60,000 nucleotides of DNA, taken from Felis catus. Its lineage: Eukaryota. Location of the stretch: contig NC_058368.1 in assembly GCF_018350175.1 (NCBI RefSeq), positions 119,848,001-119,908,000 on the forward strand, read 5' to 3'. Under the pieces are notes generated by a model. It was not told the origin of the DNA, did no database searches, and was given only the letters and a program-made list of their open reading frames with translations. The position numbers were made by a program, and so were the translations under genes. This document shows, piece by piece, positions 49,875 to 60,000 of the stretch. Within the stretch, counting starts at the first letter, position 1. Every line of letters begins with the position of its first letter.

Positions 49875-49991
49875 ATCTAGTGGATGGGTAGATAATTGTA
49901 CTTACTTGTTTAAAAGAAATGGACAAATTTAGTCCAAGATGTCATTTATTAAATGAATCATCATATCTTATTCCAGCATCCATTACATCTC

Positions 49992-50329
49992 TGCTATGGA
50001 CCAAATGTTTGTGTCTCCCCAAAATTCATATGTTGAAGCCCTGGTCCCACTTTGATGGTGTTTGGAGGTGAGGTCTTAGGGAGGTGATTAGGTCATGAGG
50101 TGGGGTCACCAGAGAGCTTGGTCTCTTTCTCTTCCTGTGTTGTTACAAAGAAGAGGTCAAATGAGGACACAGTGAGATGGCAGCCACCTATAAGCCAAGA
50201 GAAAAGGCCTCAGGTTGAAACCTACCTTGTGGGGACTTTGATCTTGGACTTCCCAGCCTCCAGAATTATGAGAAGTAAATTTCTATTGCTGAAGCCACCT
50301 GATCTACAGTATTCTTTTATGGCAGGCCA
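49992..50329 (+). mobile_element. MLT1A0-like solo LTR
   Basis: tgctatggaccaaatgtttgtgtctccccaaaattcatatgttgaa...ttgatcttggacttcccagcctccagaa. Confidence 0.9.
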
Positions 50330-50965
50330 GCTTTTAGGTACAACCTTCCAGGCTCTGACCTAGGCCCTGGAGATGCAGTAATAAATACAACATAGTCCTT
50401 GCCTCCAGAGTTCACATACATATACAGGGAAGACATACATATACATGTAAACAGACAACTAAAACATAGTCTGCTTAATGTTATCTTAGTATATGCCCAT
50501 CCTGGGGCAGACAAGTAGGAAAACAGTTGGGGAATGGACCAGGCCCATTATAGTTATAAATGTATAGCGGAGTTATAAATAGGACTAAGAGAGGTGAAAC
50601 AGGTGACAAATGCATTCCAGTCAGAAGGTACTATATATGCACAGGCCTGGTGATGGCAGAAAACATTGTATTTTTGGCAATTGTGGTACCTGATCTGGCT
50701 GGAGTGAGCAATGAGGGGTGGAAATGACCAGAGCTGAGGCTTGACTACAGCTGGTAGAGGCAGAAGCCACGTCATGATCTGCTGTGCTGTTCTTAGGAGT
50801 ACAGACTCCCTGTAGGCATCAAGCATCCTCGGAAGGGTTTTAAACAGGACTATATCTTGGCCAAATGTGTTCTTTAATATCTGGCTGCAAAGTGAAGGAT
50901 GGGCTGTGGAGGACATGACTGGTTAAGAGACTGCTGCAGTCATTTAGTAAATGATATTATAGCTT

Positions 50966-51436
50966 GGGGTACCTGGGTGGCTCAGTCATTAAAGCCTCTG
51001 ACTCATGGGGCGCCTGGGTGGCGCAGTCGGTTAAGCGTCCGACTTCAGCCAGGTCACGATCTCACGGTCCGTGAGTTTGAGCCCCGCGTCAGGCTCTGGG
51101 CTGATGGCTCAGAGCCTGGAGCCTGTTTCCGATTCTGTGTCTCCCTCTCTCTCTGCCCCTCCCCCGTTCATGCTCTGTCTCTCTCTGTCCCAAAAATAAA
51201 TAAACGTTGAAAAAAAAATTTAAAAAGCCTCTGACTCTTGACTTTTTTCAACTCAGGTCATGATCTCCCTGTTGGTGAGTTCAAAGTCAGCATCATAATC
51301 TGCACTGCCATTGCAGAGCCTGCTTGGGATTCCTTCTCTCTCTCTTTCTCTCTACCCCTTCCCTGCTTGCACATGCTCGCTCTTGCTCTTTCTCTTGTTC
51401 TCTCCCTCGAGATGAACAACTAAACTTAAAAAAAAA
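50966..51436 (+). mobile_element. Older Can-SINE split by a young SINE
   Basis: Head 50966-51006, remainder 51240-51436; TSD gatattatagctt / gataccatagctt. Confidence 0.9.
51007..51223 (+). mobile_element. Very young felid SINE (SINEC_Fc1-like)
   Basis: Full length; TSD aaagcctctgactc[a/t]t at 50991-51006 and 51224-51239. Confidence 0.98.
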
Positions 51437-53799
51437 GATACCATAGCTTGAGCTAAGGCGATGGTAATGTGGGCAAAGAGAAAAGAGGTAGAATATGGAG
51501 ATATTTAGGAGGTGGCATTGACAAGCCTTGATGACTGATTGGATCTGGGTGGTAAGGGGAAAGGAGGAATTGAAGATGGCTCCAAAGTGACTTCCTAAAA
51601 TGTATGTTTGTGTTCCTCTTCCAGATACCATGGTTAAAACAGAACAGCTTTAGTTTCCTTGAGACTGAGAGCTGGAACCATACTTGGGTGTGCTCAGGGA
51701 AGAAACTGCCCTTAATTCCTGTCTTGGGAAGGGGGTACTTCAAGAGTCCGATGAATCGTGCAGAGTCATACATACAGTGCCTCTGCTTGAAGGCTGGTTA
51801 CAATCCAAAGAGAAAATGCCTTGCTTATAGCATCCTGGAATATATAATATTATATTGCAAGATTATATTGATATTAATAATTAAAACTTTATCAATAATA
51901 TGATATTAACATAATATATTAATATATCCTGGAAGGCAATATTCTTAGGGACCCTAAGAGTGGACTGAGACAAAAGTAGCTGTCAGGTGCTCACTGATAA
52001 CCGTCAAGGTAACTTCACCCATGGCAGTGGTTTGGATTGCCCTGTGAATGTGAAATGCATGCTTGATGAAATTATCTCAAAACCAATGGAATGAATTCAT
52101 GCACAGGAAATGAGATTTGTGTAATCTGCTCTGGCCTCTGTTTTGTTCAGCATCTCAAGCTTCTCTCTGCTTCTTCTCTCCCTTAGTGGTTTTAAGCTCT
52201 ACTTTGTTATTCCGGTTTCTCAGAACTTTTCCCAGCTGTCGTGTGGCAGGCAGGCCACAAGGGCAAGTGTAGGCATGTCTTGGTTACTTGTTTTTAATTG
52301 GAAAATCTTGTTCAGAATACACAGGAAGATTTTTTTTTTTGTCCTTAACTCCAAATGATTTAATGTGGGTGTTTCCCGACTTAGATTTTCAAAATCAGAC
52401 AAATCATTTGATCTTAAAGTGAAATCAAATGATTCTCTCAAGCCCCGCATCTCCCTGCAAGAAGATGATTTGACGTGTACTAAAAGGGTGTTCCTCTGAG
52501 CCCCGACTTGTATTTATAGTTGATGTGCATGTGAATCTGTTGGCCTGGGAATCAGTCAAGCATCTATTTGTGTGGGTTGAATTATAAGAGGGGTTGCTGT
52601 GTGTAAAAAGGTAGGAAGAAGTTTTTGTATGTGATTAGGGTCTAGAAGAAGGTGGAATGACATGAGTAGTCCACCTGACTCCTTGGACTAGGTTTGGATG
52701 TCAGTGGAGTTAGAGGGTGAGTCAGAGCTGAAAGGATTTGTTTTCAAAGTGAGAGAGTGTTACAGAGAGACAGAGAGATGGCCTCTGCCTCTGTCATTGC
52801 ATGAACGTTACAGTTACTCTCACAACTCTAGAACTGGCAACTTTGGGAACATCCAGAGCTAACATACCTAGCAGAGACTTTGGTTGTAAGAATGATAGAG
52901 ATGAGAAACATGAATAGATTCATTCTGGGGCACACCTGAGTCAACCCTGGGGATCCCCAAGAAGTAACTGAGAGAGACTCTGTTAGAGGATGCCTGAAGC
53001 TTCCCAAAATAAGTGGACAAAACTTGAATAGGGTTTGGATAATCTTACATCATTTGTCCTTAAGGGCATGTGGGACCCAGGATGTTGTATTAGCCATAAA
53101 AGCCCTGGACTGGAAGACATTTGTCTACATGTGTGGTGGAACTTCAGTCAAAAATCTGGAGTGGGTCCCCCTGGTAGAATTTTAATCAGTGTCCTTCATC
53201 TACTTATCACATTCTCTGACTCTTAAATGTCATCTGAAATCTCTGCTTTCTGAGTGACAAAACGGCATGTGAGACTAGAAACAAATTGTCTGGCTAAACT
53301 GCGGGATGCTTAGTACGTAAAACCTGAAAGTGCCATTAACTTTGCTGAGCTGATGATCATCAAAGCTGTGGTCTAGTGTTAGTGTAAGAGAAGCCAGGAC
53401 CAGGCTCTCTGAGCTATTGATTTCCATCTAACTGTTTCTGTCTGATTGTGTGTTGATTTGGGAATCTGAGTGGTATGTCATGTACTAATCTTCCCACTTA
53501 CTCGGGCAGCTTGAAAGTTAGAACATCCACATTTTAAAATTTTCCAACAGATCCACAAATGGAAGTATTTATGTTCCCCTTATTTCCGTAAAAAATACAA
53601 CAGGCTGTACTGAAAAATTTCAGCAAATGCTATTTATTCTTCTTGCTTGGCCTAGGTCCATTTCAGTTCTGTCTCCAGACAGTACAGCCCCATGTGTTTG
53701 ATTTGGATATCTGGTTGGGGAAGTGAGTGTCCGTCACTATTCAATAACATCACAAGTAAAATTCATTCCGTAGACAAAGATGATGTGTCCTGTGATCCT

Positions 53800-54025
53800 T
53801 GTCCACAGCATGAATGATAAAGGAGCTTATATAACGAGGTGAGAAAAGAAAACAAGCTAATACCCAACAATAGGGAATTTATTAAGTAGGCTATGGTATT
53901 CTATAGAAGAGTATGTTACCACTTAAAATGAAGACATATTTAAGAAGAGAAGAATATCTAATGATATGGAAAGATAGTCATAATATAATGCTAAGTCAAA
54001 AAAGTAGGTTACAAAAAATAAATAT
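53800..54025 (+). mobile_element. L1ME-like fragment
   Basis: cccaacaatagggaatttattaagtaggctatggta...tgatatggaaagat...tgctaagtcaaaaaagtaggttacaaaa. Confidence 0.6.
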
Positions 54026-55214
54026 ATGCTTCCAAAGGGGATGCTCCCAGCCCTTGATTTGTGGCAGCATGAGGGCTGTGCTTGCCCCATTTATAGGTAC
54101 AGTAGATCCTTTTTTCTATCTTAGACCTTGTGAGAGGATGCCAAGTTAGGTGGCAGTATCTTCCAAAGCTCTGTACTCCAAGTACAACTTCTTTATGCCT
54201 TGCAACCCATTCTTATTCCAAACCATATGAAATAGATAAAATCATGGTCAACCCTCCACTGCTGTTGCTTGTCTGTTACTCAGCATCTTGAAAACAGTTC
54301 TACATACCAATATCGTGCTTGTCTTCCCGATGCCAGCCCTTGTGTAACAGCCAATTACAAGGCATTTGTCATTGTTTTTACACCATAACTTGGTAATTTG
54401 ATTTAGACAGGGGCATTTTCTGTTGATAAATCTAGGTGGATTACCAAGTCAAAATACATTTATTAAAGCACCAGTTAGATCTTGCTCCCTCATTCATCAT
54501 AAGACCTTTAATTTGTGTGTCGTTTCGGCGGGGTGTTCCAGGAACCATGTTCGCCTGAGTGAATGACTTAAATCAAATTGGCATTTTGCAAGGATTACCT
54601 TATCTCAAAATTTCAAAGCAAGGTCTTCTTTTTTATGTATGCTATGAATAATGAGCAATACTGTTTTCAACCCTTACTACTCCATTGTTGGGATATAGCA
54701 TGGAAAATAGCAAGTCGAGAAGGTGGATGCCAAAAGGTGATTATTTTCCAAAGTGAGATAATCTCCCAGACGCTTTGTAAAGTCAGGAGAAATGCACCAG
54801 TCACATGAACACAGTGGAATGCTGAATGAGCAGCAGTTAAGTTCTGGAAGAAGAGATGGGGCCAGTGAGCAGAGCAGATGCTGTTTCCTAAATGCTTGTT
54901 TTAGATGTTCTTAAGCTGAACACAATGTCTTCTCCTGCCCCTGTCTCAACTTTTGTTTCCTGACATCAGTTGACAAGAATAATATCTCTTTTTTTTCCTG
55001 AAGTGTCTTTTCAAGATTAGGTATTCTGCTGCATACTACTTGGACTGACATCTTGCATGAGAACATCTGTAGCAGGTAGCAGTAAAATACTTCTCCAAAG
55101 GAGAAAACAGAAGACAGATTTTGGGCAGGAAGAAAGGTATAATCTAAGCAAGCAGAGATAAGAAAAATGGAATAAAGTGATTTGGAATAAAAACCCTTCA
55201 CATTTTCATTAGGC

Positions 55215-55740
55215 ATTATGAGTGTTATTATCAGGAACTTTTGGTTGAAAGTCAAAAATCCAAATTGTGCAAACTTGAGCCAAAGGTAAAATTTATTGGA
55301 AAGATACTGGTGTAGCTCACCAAACGCAGAGAACAGAAGAAAGCTGGGTTCCCTATGGCTTCTTTGTCTTTCTGCAAGTTGCTGTCATCCTCTTTAGCTG
55401 CAAGGGGTTCCTCTCTGAACAAAAGGGAACATGGCCTCAGGCAGTGAACTAACACCATTTTATTTGAGTGACCCAAGATGTAGACGCAATATTTAACAGC
55501 TTAACTTAAACAGTCTTGCGAAGGACTCTGGTCCAACTTGAGTCACATACCTCCCTTTAACCAATCATGTGCCATAGTAGAAATGATAGGGTATGATTGG
55601 CCAGATCTGAGATATACACCTGTTTCTGGCTGATGGCAGGGTAACATAATTAGCATTTGACAAGAGAGCCATGTTTTTTTAGTTGAAGAGAAGATATTCC
55701 CCAAGGAAAGAAGGAAAAGGTGGCAATGATAGTGCACAAA
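55215..55740 (-). mobile_element. MLT1K/L-like LTR
   Basis: tcaggaacttttggttgaaagt...aatttattggaa...cttgagtcacatacctccctttaaccaatca...tgattggccag. Confidence 0.6.
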
Positions 55741-56115
55741 CTTTCTCTCAGCAACAATGGAAGCTAAAATGAAGAACACATTTTAGATGAATAAGGCAGA
55801 CATATATATACAGCCCTCAAGGAATGTACATCCATACAGAGATCTAAGACATATTCACAAATAAGTTTAACATCCAGGGATCAAAGCAAAAAATGAAAGA
55901 ATAAAAAAAAAAGTAAGAGAGAAAGAAGGAGAAATGGAAAAAAGAAGGAAATGGGCTTAGGAGAGACTTTATAGGCCTCACTTTTATAGAACAACAAATG
56001 TGTGAGGTTGTAAGAGGACTAGAATAAAGCAATAGCAAAAAAAATACAGTATGAAATATACAAGTTCTGCTAGTCTACATAGTATCTCAGGGAACATGGG
56101 TCTTGCGCAAGCTTC

Positions 56116-56116
<1 letters not shown>

Positions 56117-56163
<47 letters not shown>
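56117..56163. repeat. (TG)n microsatellite
   Basis: Direct reading. Confidence 0.97.
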
Positions 56164-56166
<3 letters not shown>

Positions 56167-56864
56167 GCAAAGCAGTGAAACCAAAGACCTCATTTTTAAT
56201 TCCAATTTTGCAAATATGCTTATCTTCCAGTTACTAATTAATTTTATTTTATATTCCACAGACATAGCTCACTGTTTCCTTAAAATAAAAAGATAAGAAA
56301 TTTGAAATGGGAATTGCTCAAAACCCAAGATGGCAGAGAAGACTCAGGAAAGAATGATAAAGGAGTGGGGCCAGGTTGAGGCAGCATTCAGGAGGAAATG
56401 AGTTCTCAGTGTTTGTCAGTTTGTCTGTGGCAGATTTAATTTACTTCTAGGACAGGCTGATATAAACTCGTTATTTGGCCTCAGGCAAGTTGTATCACTT
56501 CTTTGAACCTAAAATATCTCATTTCTAAAATGAGAGAGATTGAATTAAATTAGGGATGGCAATTTGTTTCATGGTATGGGCCCATTCTGATCAATTAGTA
56601 GTAAGAAGGGTTGTGTCTGGATTCACTGAAAAGGACTTCAAGCAATGAGACAGGTAACATGTTAAGCCATCATCTATCATTAATTCTTTAGTGGATGTTG
56701 GTTTGCTAGGTTTTTTTCCCTGTGACAGATGAGGCATTTTCCTTCTAGGAGGAGTATAAGGAAACTGGTCCAACCCCCCATACTTCCATCCAGAAGATCT
56801 CCCATGTATACTGACAGCATCTCTGGAATGAGTTTTCTGTAATTGCTTTCCTGGTTTTCATTTC

Positions 56865-57020
56865 ATAGTGGTTTGTACCCTCTTTTTGATGCATAGACCT
56901 CCCTGAGAATCTAATAGCTGTGGATGTGCTACCTAAGAACATAAATATTCCATGTTTTGCATACAATTTCAAGGGTTTCATAGTCTTTCTGAAGACCAAA
57001 CGTGTAGCCCCAAGGAAACT
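56865..57020. mobile_element. hAT-Charlie MITE (MER103-like)
   Basis: tgagaatctaat...ttttgcatacaatttcaagggtttcat...ctgaag. Confidence 0.5.
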
Positions 57021-57449
57021 TTCCAGGATATTAAATGCCTGATATTACTTTATCATCATGTCAAAACATTTTTAATTGTGAATTATGAAATTAGAAAAAA
57101 AATCTCATTGTGTATTTAAATGAAGTATCCTATGTCAACACTGAATAGCAGCCCACTTGTATGCACGTGTAACATGTTTAGTCTACTTAGTAGAAAAATC
57201 AGGCAATTTTTTCTTCCTTAAATGACTGATCGTTTCACTGAAGTATGATAGCAGCTAAGTCACTCACTTTAGAGGGGTGAAGAGACTTGCTTGTACAAGG
57301 GCGTGGTTAGATGCATGATTTCTTAAACTCGGCATCAGTTTTAAGTTTTCAATGTTCTAGTATATAGTTAAATAATTGACCAGTGCATCATTTACTAATG
57401 AAAGGGAGTTTAGTTCTTAACTCAGTTGGTATTAGTAGATAATTGATTC

Positions 57450-57625
57450 TTCCACCTCAGGGGTTATACAGATCACAAGGTGTATTAAAATGCAGGTTGA
57501 CAGGTGCAGATCACAAAACTTTCAACCCCCAAGTTTGTGAGAAGAGGCAAAAAACGTGCATTTGTAAAACATTCTGGTGATTGTGATGCGGAGGGTTCCA
57601 GGGTTACACTTTGAGAAATATTATA
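57450..57625. mobile_element. MER5-like MITE, degenerate
   Basis: ttaaaatgcag...tgcatttgtaaaaca...ggtgattgtgatgc...acactttgagaaa. Confidence 0.55.
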
Positions 57626-58184
57626 GTGGAGGGTTTGATAGCGTGAGGCAAAGATCATATCTTGTTTTTATTCTGACACAATACCTTGTACACAACAGAT
57701 ACCTAATACATGCTCACGAACTTGAATTATTCCTGCTTGAGTGAATCATGGGAAAATTGCTTGGGCTCAGAATGTTTCGCAGAGCACTGTATACCATAAT
57801 ATACGAAGGAATGGAAAATGTTAACACCAAACCATATGTCTTAGGCATCACAGCTAAATTTTCCTATACGATGTTTTTTCAATATGTTGATCATTCTAAG
57901 CTGCTCATTTTCTAATCCTGTGAAAGGAGCCATTTACGTTCTATAATTCAACAAAAATGAGATAGATGATGTGGTAACTTCCTTCTTTCTCTCTTATTCT
58001 AATTCACCTTGCAAATAGATGCTTTTTGAAAATATGTACGTTTAGATTATTGTAATGCAGTTTCATCAGTGTTTGAAATTGCTCTGGTTTTCATTTAAAA
58101 ATAAAACCAATCTCATGTGGTTTTTTTCCTTTTTAAATCTAAGTAGTATGCTTTTCAAATGAATCACTACAATGAAGGTAAATG

Positions 58185-58365
58185 GAATAACCATGTGTCC
58201 TGCTCCTTTTATGTGCTAAGAACTTCAAGTGCTTTAAAGACATTGTGCTAAGCCTCACTGCAACCCCTTAAGAAGCAATTGTTATACCCAGTTTACAGAT
58301 GAAAACATGGATTCAGGGAAGTAAACTGCTCAGTCACCTAACTAGTAGCCAGTAGAACTGGAAAT
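58185..58365 (-). mobile_element. MIR
   Basis: cctcactgcaaccct...ccccagtttacagatgaaaacatggattcag. Confidence 0.7.
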
Positions 58366-58576
58366 TTTTTTTTAATGTTTATTCACTTTTGAAAAAGAGG
58401 GAGAGTAAGAGCAGAGAGGGACAGGGGCAGAGAGAGAGGGAGACACAGAATTGGAAGCAGGCTCCAGGCTCTGAGCTGTCAGCACAGGGCCTGATACGGG
58501 GCTTGAACTGACGAGCTGTGAGATCATGACTTGAGCCAAAGTTGGATGCTAAACCAACTGAGCCTCTCAGGCACCC
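58366..58576 (-). mobile_element. Can-SINE inserted at the tail of the next SINE
   Basis: Antisense body aagcaggctccaggctctgagctgtcagcacag...caggcaccc. Confidence 0.93.
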
Positions 58577-58580
58577 TTGG

Positions 58581-58582
<2 letters not shown>

Positions 58583-58632
<50 letters not shown>

Positions 58633-58779
58633 ATCTGTTTATTTTGAGAGAGAATCCTAAGCAGGCTCCACGCTGTCAGTGCAGAGCCTGACATGGGGAT
58701 CCAACTCAAACTATGAGATCATGACCTGAGCTGAAGTCAAGAGTCAGACACTTAACCAGCTGCGACACCCAGGCACCCC
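58583..58779 (-). mobile_element. Can-SINE whose tail became (TG)n (58583-58629)
   Basis: Ends cacccaggcacccc; outer TSD agaactggaaat at 58354-58365 and 58780-58791. Confidence 0.9.
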
Positions 58780-59199
58780 AGAACTGGAAATGGTTTTTAC
58801 CTAACATTTCAATTACCTTTTTCTAGCATAGGTATCTTATCAGGACTTACTGAAATGATTCCTTTGAAAAAAACTTAATTCGTCAGTGACTGTAATTTGT
58901 CAGTGGTCCATGTGGGCCAGAGAGAATATTTTATGTTGGATCACATTCATACCATAGTGGCAAAGACTAAAACAAAGTTTTATATAAATATATATGAAGT
59001 CCTTGGATGTTTTGGAGAAAAGCTAGATAACTAAGACTCTATAGTTTATCCAAATAGATTTCTTTCCTCTGCTAATCTAATTTTATTCTATCTTGTAAGT
59101 CAAGCCCAATTTTTTTTGAATTATGTCAGTTTTCTTTCTCTGTCACTTTTTATGTTTTCATTGTTTTGCCCAGTATTATGTATCTATGTGTGTATATAT

Positions 59200-59365
59200 C
59201 TATGTCAAGATATTCTTGCCATAATTGTTCCCATTTTACTCATGGAAAAACAAATTTGTAGAGAGAAAATGATTTATTCAAGGCCAAACAATATTAAGTG
59301 ACAGAACCAGGGGCTATTCCCAAGTCTCTATGACTTCAAAAGCCTGTTATTGTCAGCTTCTTATC
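59200..59365 (-). mobile_element. MIR
   Basis: cccattttactcatggaaaaac...tgatttattcaaggcca...aagtgacagaaccagg. Confidence 0.65.
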
Positions 59366-59373
59366 AGCTACAG

Positions 59374-59835
59374 CAGGTGTCACAAACTCAGGTGCCTATA
59401 GAGTCCAGACTAGTCATGAATATGAACATAGCAGGTCAGGAGTGAAAAAAAGAAATTACTTGGCTCTCTTGGCCACTCTTCTGTTTTCCCATTTTGTATA
59501 GAGAAATATTGGGTACAGAGCAATATTTCTCTGCTATCTGGAAATAATAGAGCAGTGATAGTCAAGTGCAGTGATAAAGTACAGCCTATGTTCATTCCTG
59601 GTACCCAAACAGCCGATGTTCATTCCTGAACAGACTGTGGTGAACTGGGCCTTTGAGAGGAGCAGGCATTACTCCTCTCCAGCCAACTGCTGCCTGAGAA
59701 CATGATGATACAGGGGGACCAGATTTTCTGAGTTTTCAAGAAAAGTTGGCACTCTGGGTTTTTATGTAATATCTCCTAAGTTTTAAAGATTGGCTATAGG
59801 TTTAATTATTTATTTTATTTTAAAATGTCACTTAA
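59374..59835 (+). mobile_element. MER102-like hAT-Charlie element
   Basis: caggtgtcacaaactcaggtgcctatag start; ctccagccaactgctgcc; ccagattttctgagttttcaaga...ttttatgtaatatctcct. Confidence 0.65.
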
Positions 59836-59838
59836 ATA

Positions 59839-60000
59839 GGGGTGCCTGGGTGGCTCAGCTGGTTAAACATCTGATTTTTGGTTTTGGCTTAGGTCATGAT
59901 CTCACAGTTTGTGAGTTCAAACCCCATGTCAGGCTCTGAACTGAGTGCACAGAGCCTGCTTGGGATTCTCTCTCTCCTCTCTGTGCCCCTCCCCTGCTTG
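59839..60000 (+). mobile_element. Can-SINE cut by the window end
   Basis: ggggtgcctgggtggctcagctggttaa head and CT tract. Confidence 0.95.

Larger units (their letters stand above)
50340..51600 (-). mobile_element. L2 interrupted by nested SINEs
   Basis: ccaggctctg...ggagatgcagtaataaat; gaagggttttaaacagg; resumes ggagatatttaggagg...tgactgattggat. Confidence 0.72.

Noticed and set aside
52540..52990. Possible ancient Gypsy-type LTR with AP-1 sites (tgagtca)
   Set aside because: Only compositional resemblance; no termini or consensus match that I can support
1..60000. ORF track entries (60-146 aa) as genes
   Set aside because: Short, many with non-ATG starts, mostly inside SINEs, LTRs or microsatellites; no recognisable protein family and no coherent exon chain

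Overview
Mammalian (carnivore, almost certainly felid) non-coding genomic DNA. It contains about 20 tRNA-derived Can-SINEs, including young cat-type SINEC_Fc copies with intact target-site duplications (TSDs). Older repeats are also abundant: MIR, L2, L1M, MaLR MLT1 solo LTRs, hAT-Charlie MITEs and microsatellites. Several repeat-free islands look like regulatory DNA. I cannot support any protein-coding gene, processed pseudogene, structural RNA gene or CRISPR array; the ORF track is explained by repeats and chance. The window is probably a large intron or a gene desert, and I cannot name the locus. I found no convincing novel multi-gene system. The most unusual signals are local: (1) a ~96-nt templated copy of nearby MIR DNA fused to a headless SINE inside nested LTRs, with no TSD; (2) a candidate 39-nt in-frame exon followed by a triplicated GCATG (RBFOX-type) repeat; (3) a collapsed MER58 carrying only a SINE tail stub; (4) an AT-rich filler patch between 9-bp direct repeats; (5) two almost identical young SINEs 33 kb apart. 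Repeat subfamily names come from recalled consensus sequences, and boundaries of old repeats are approximate.
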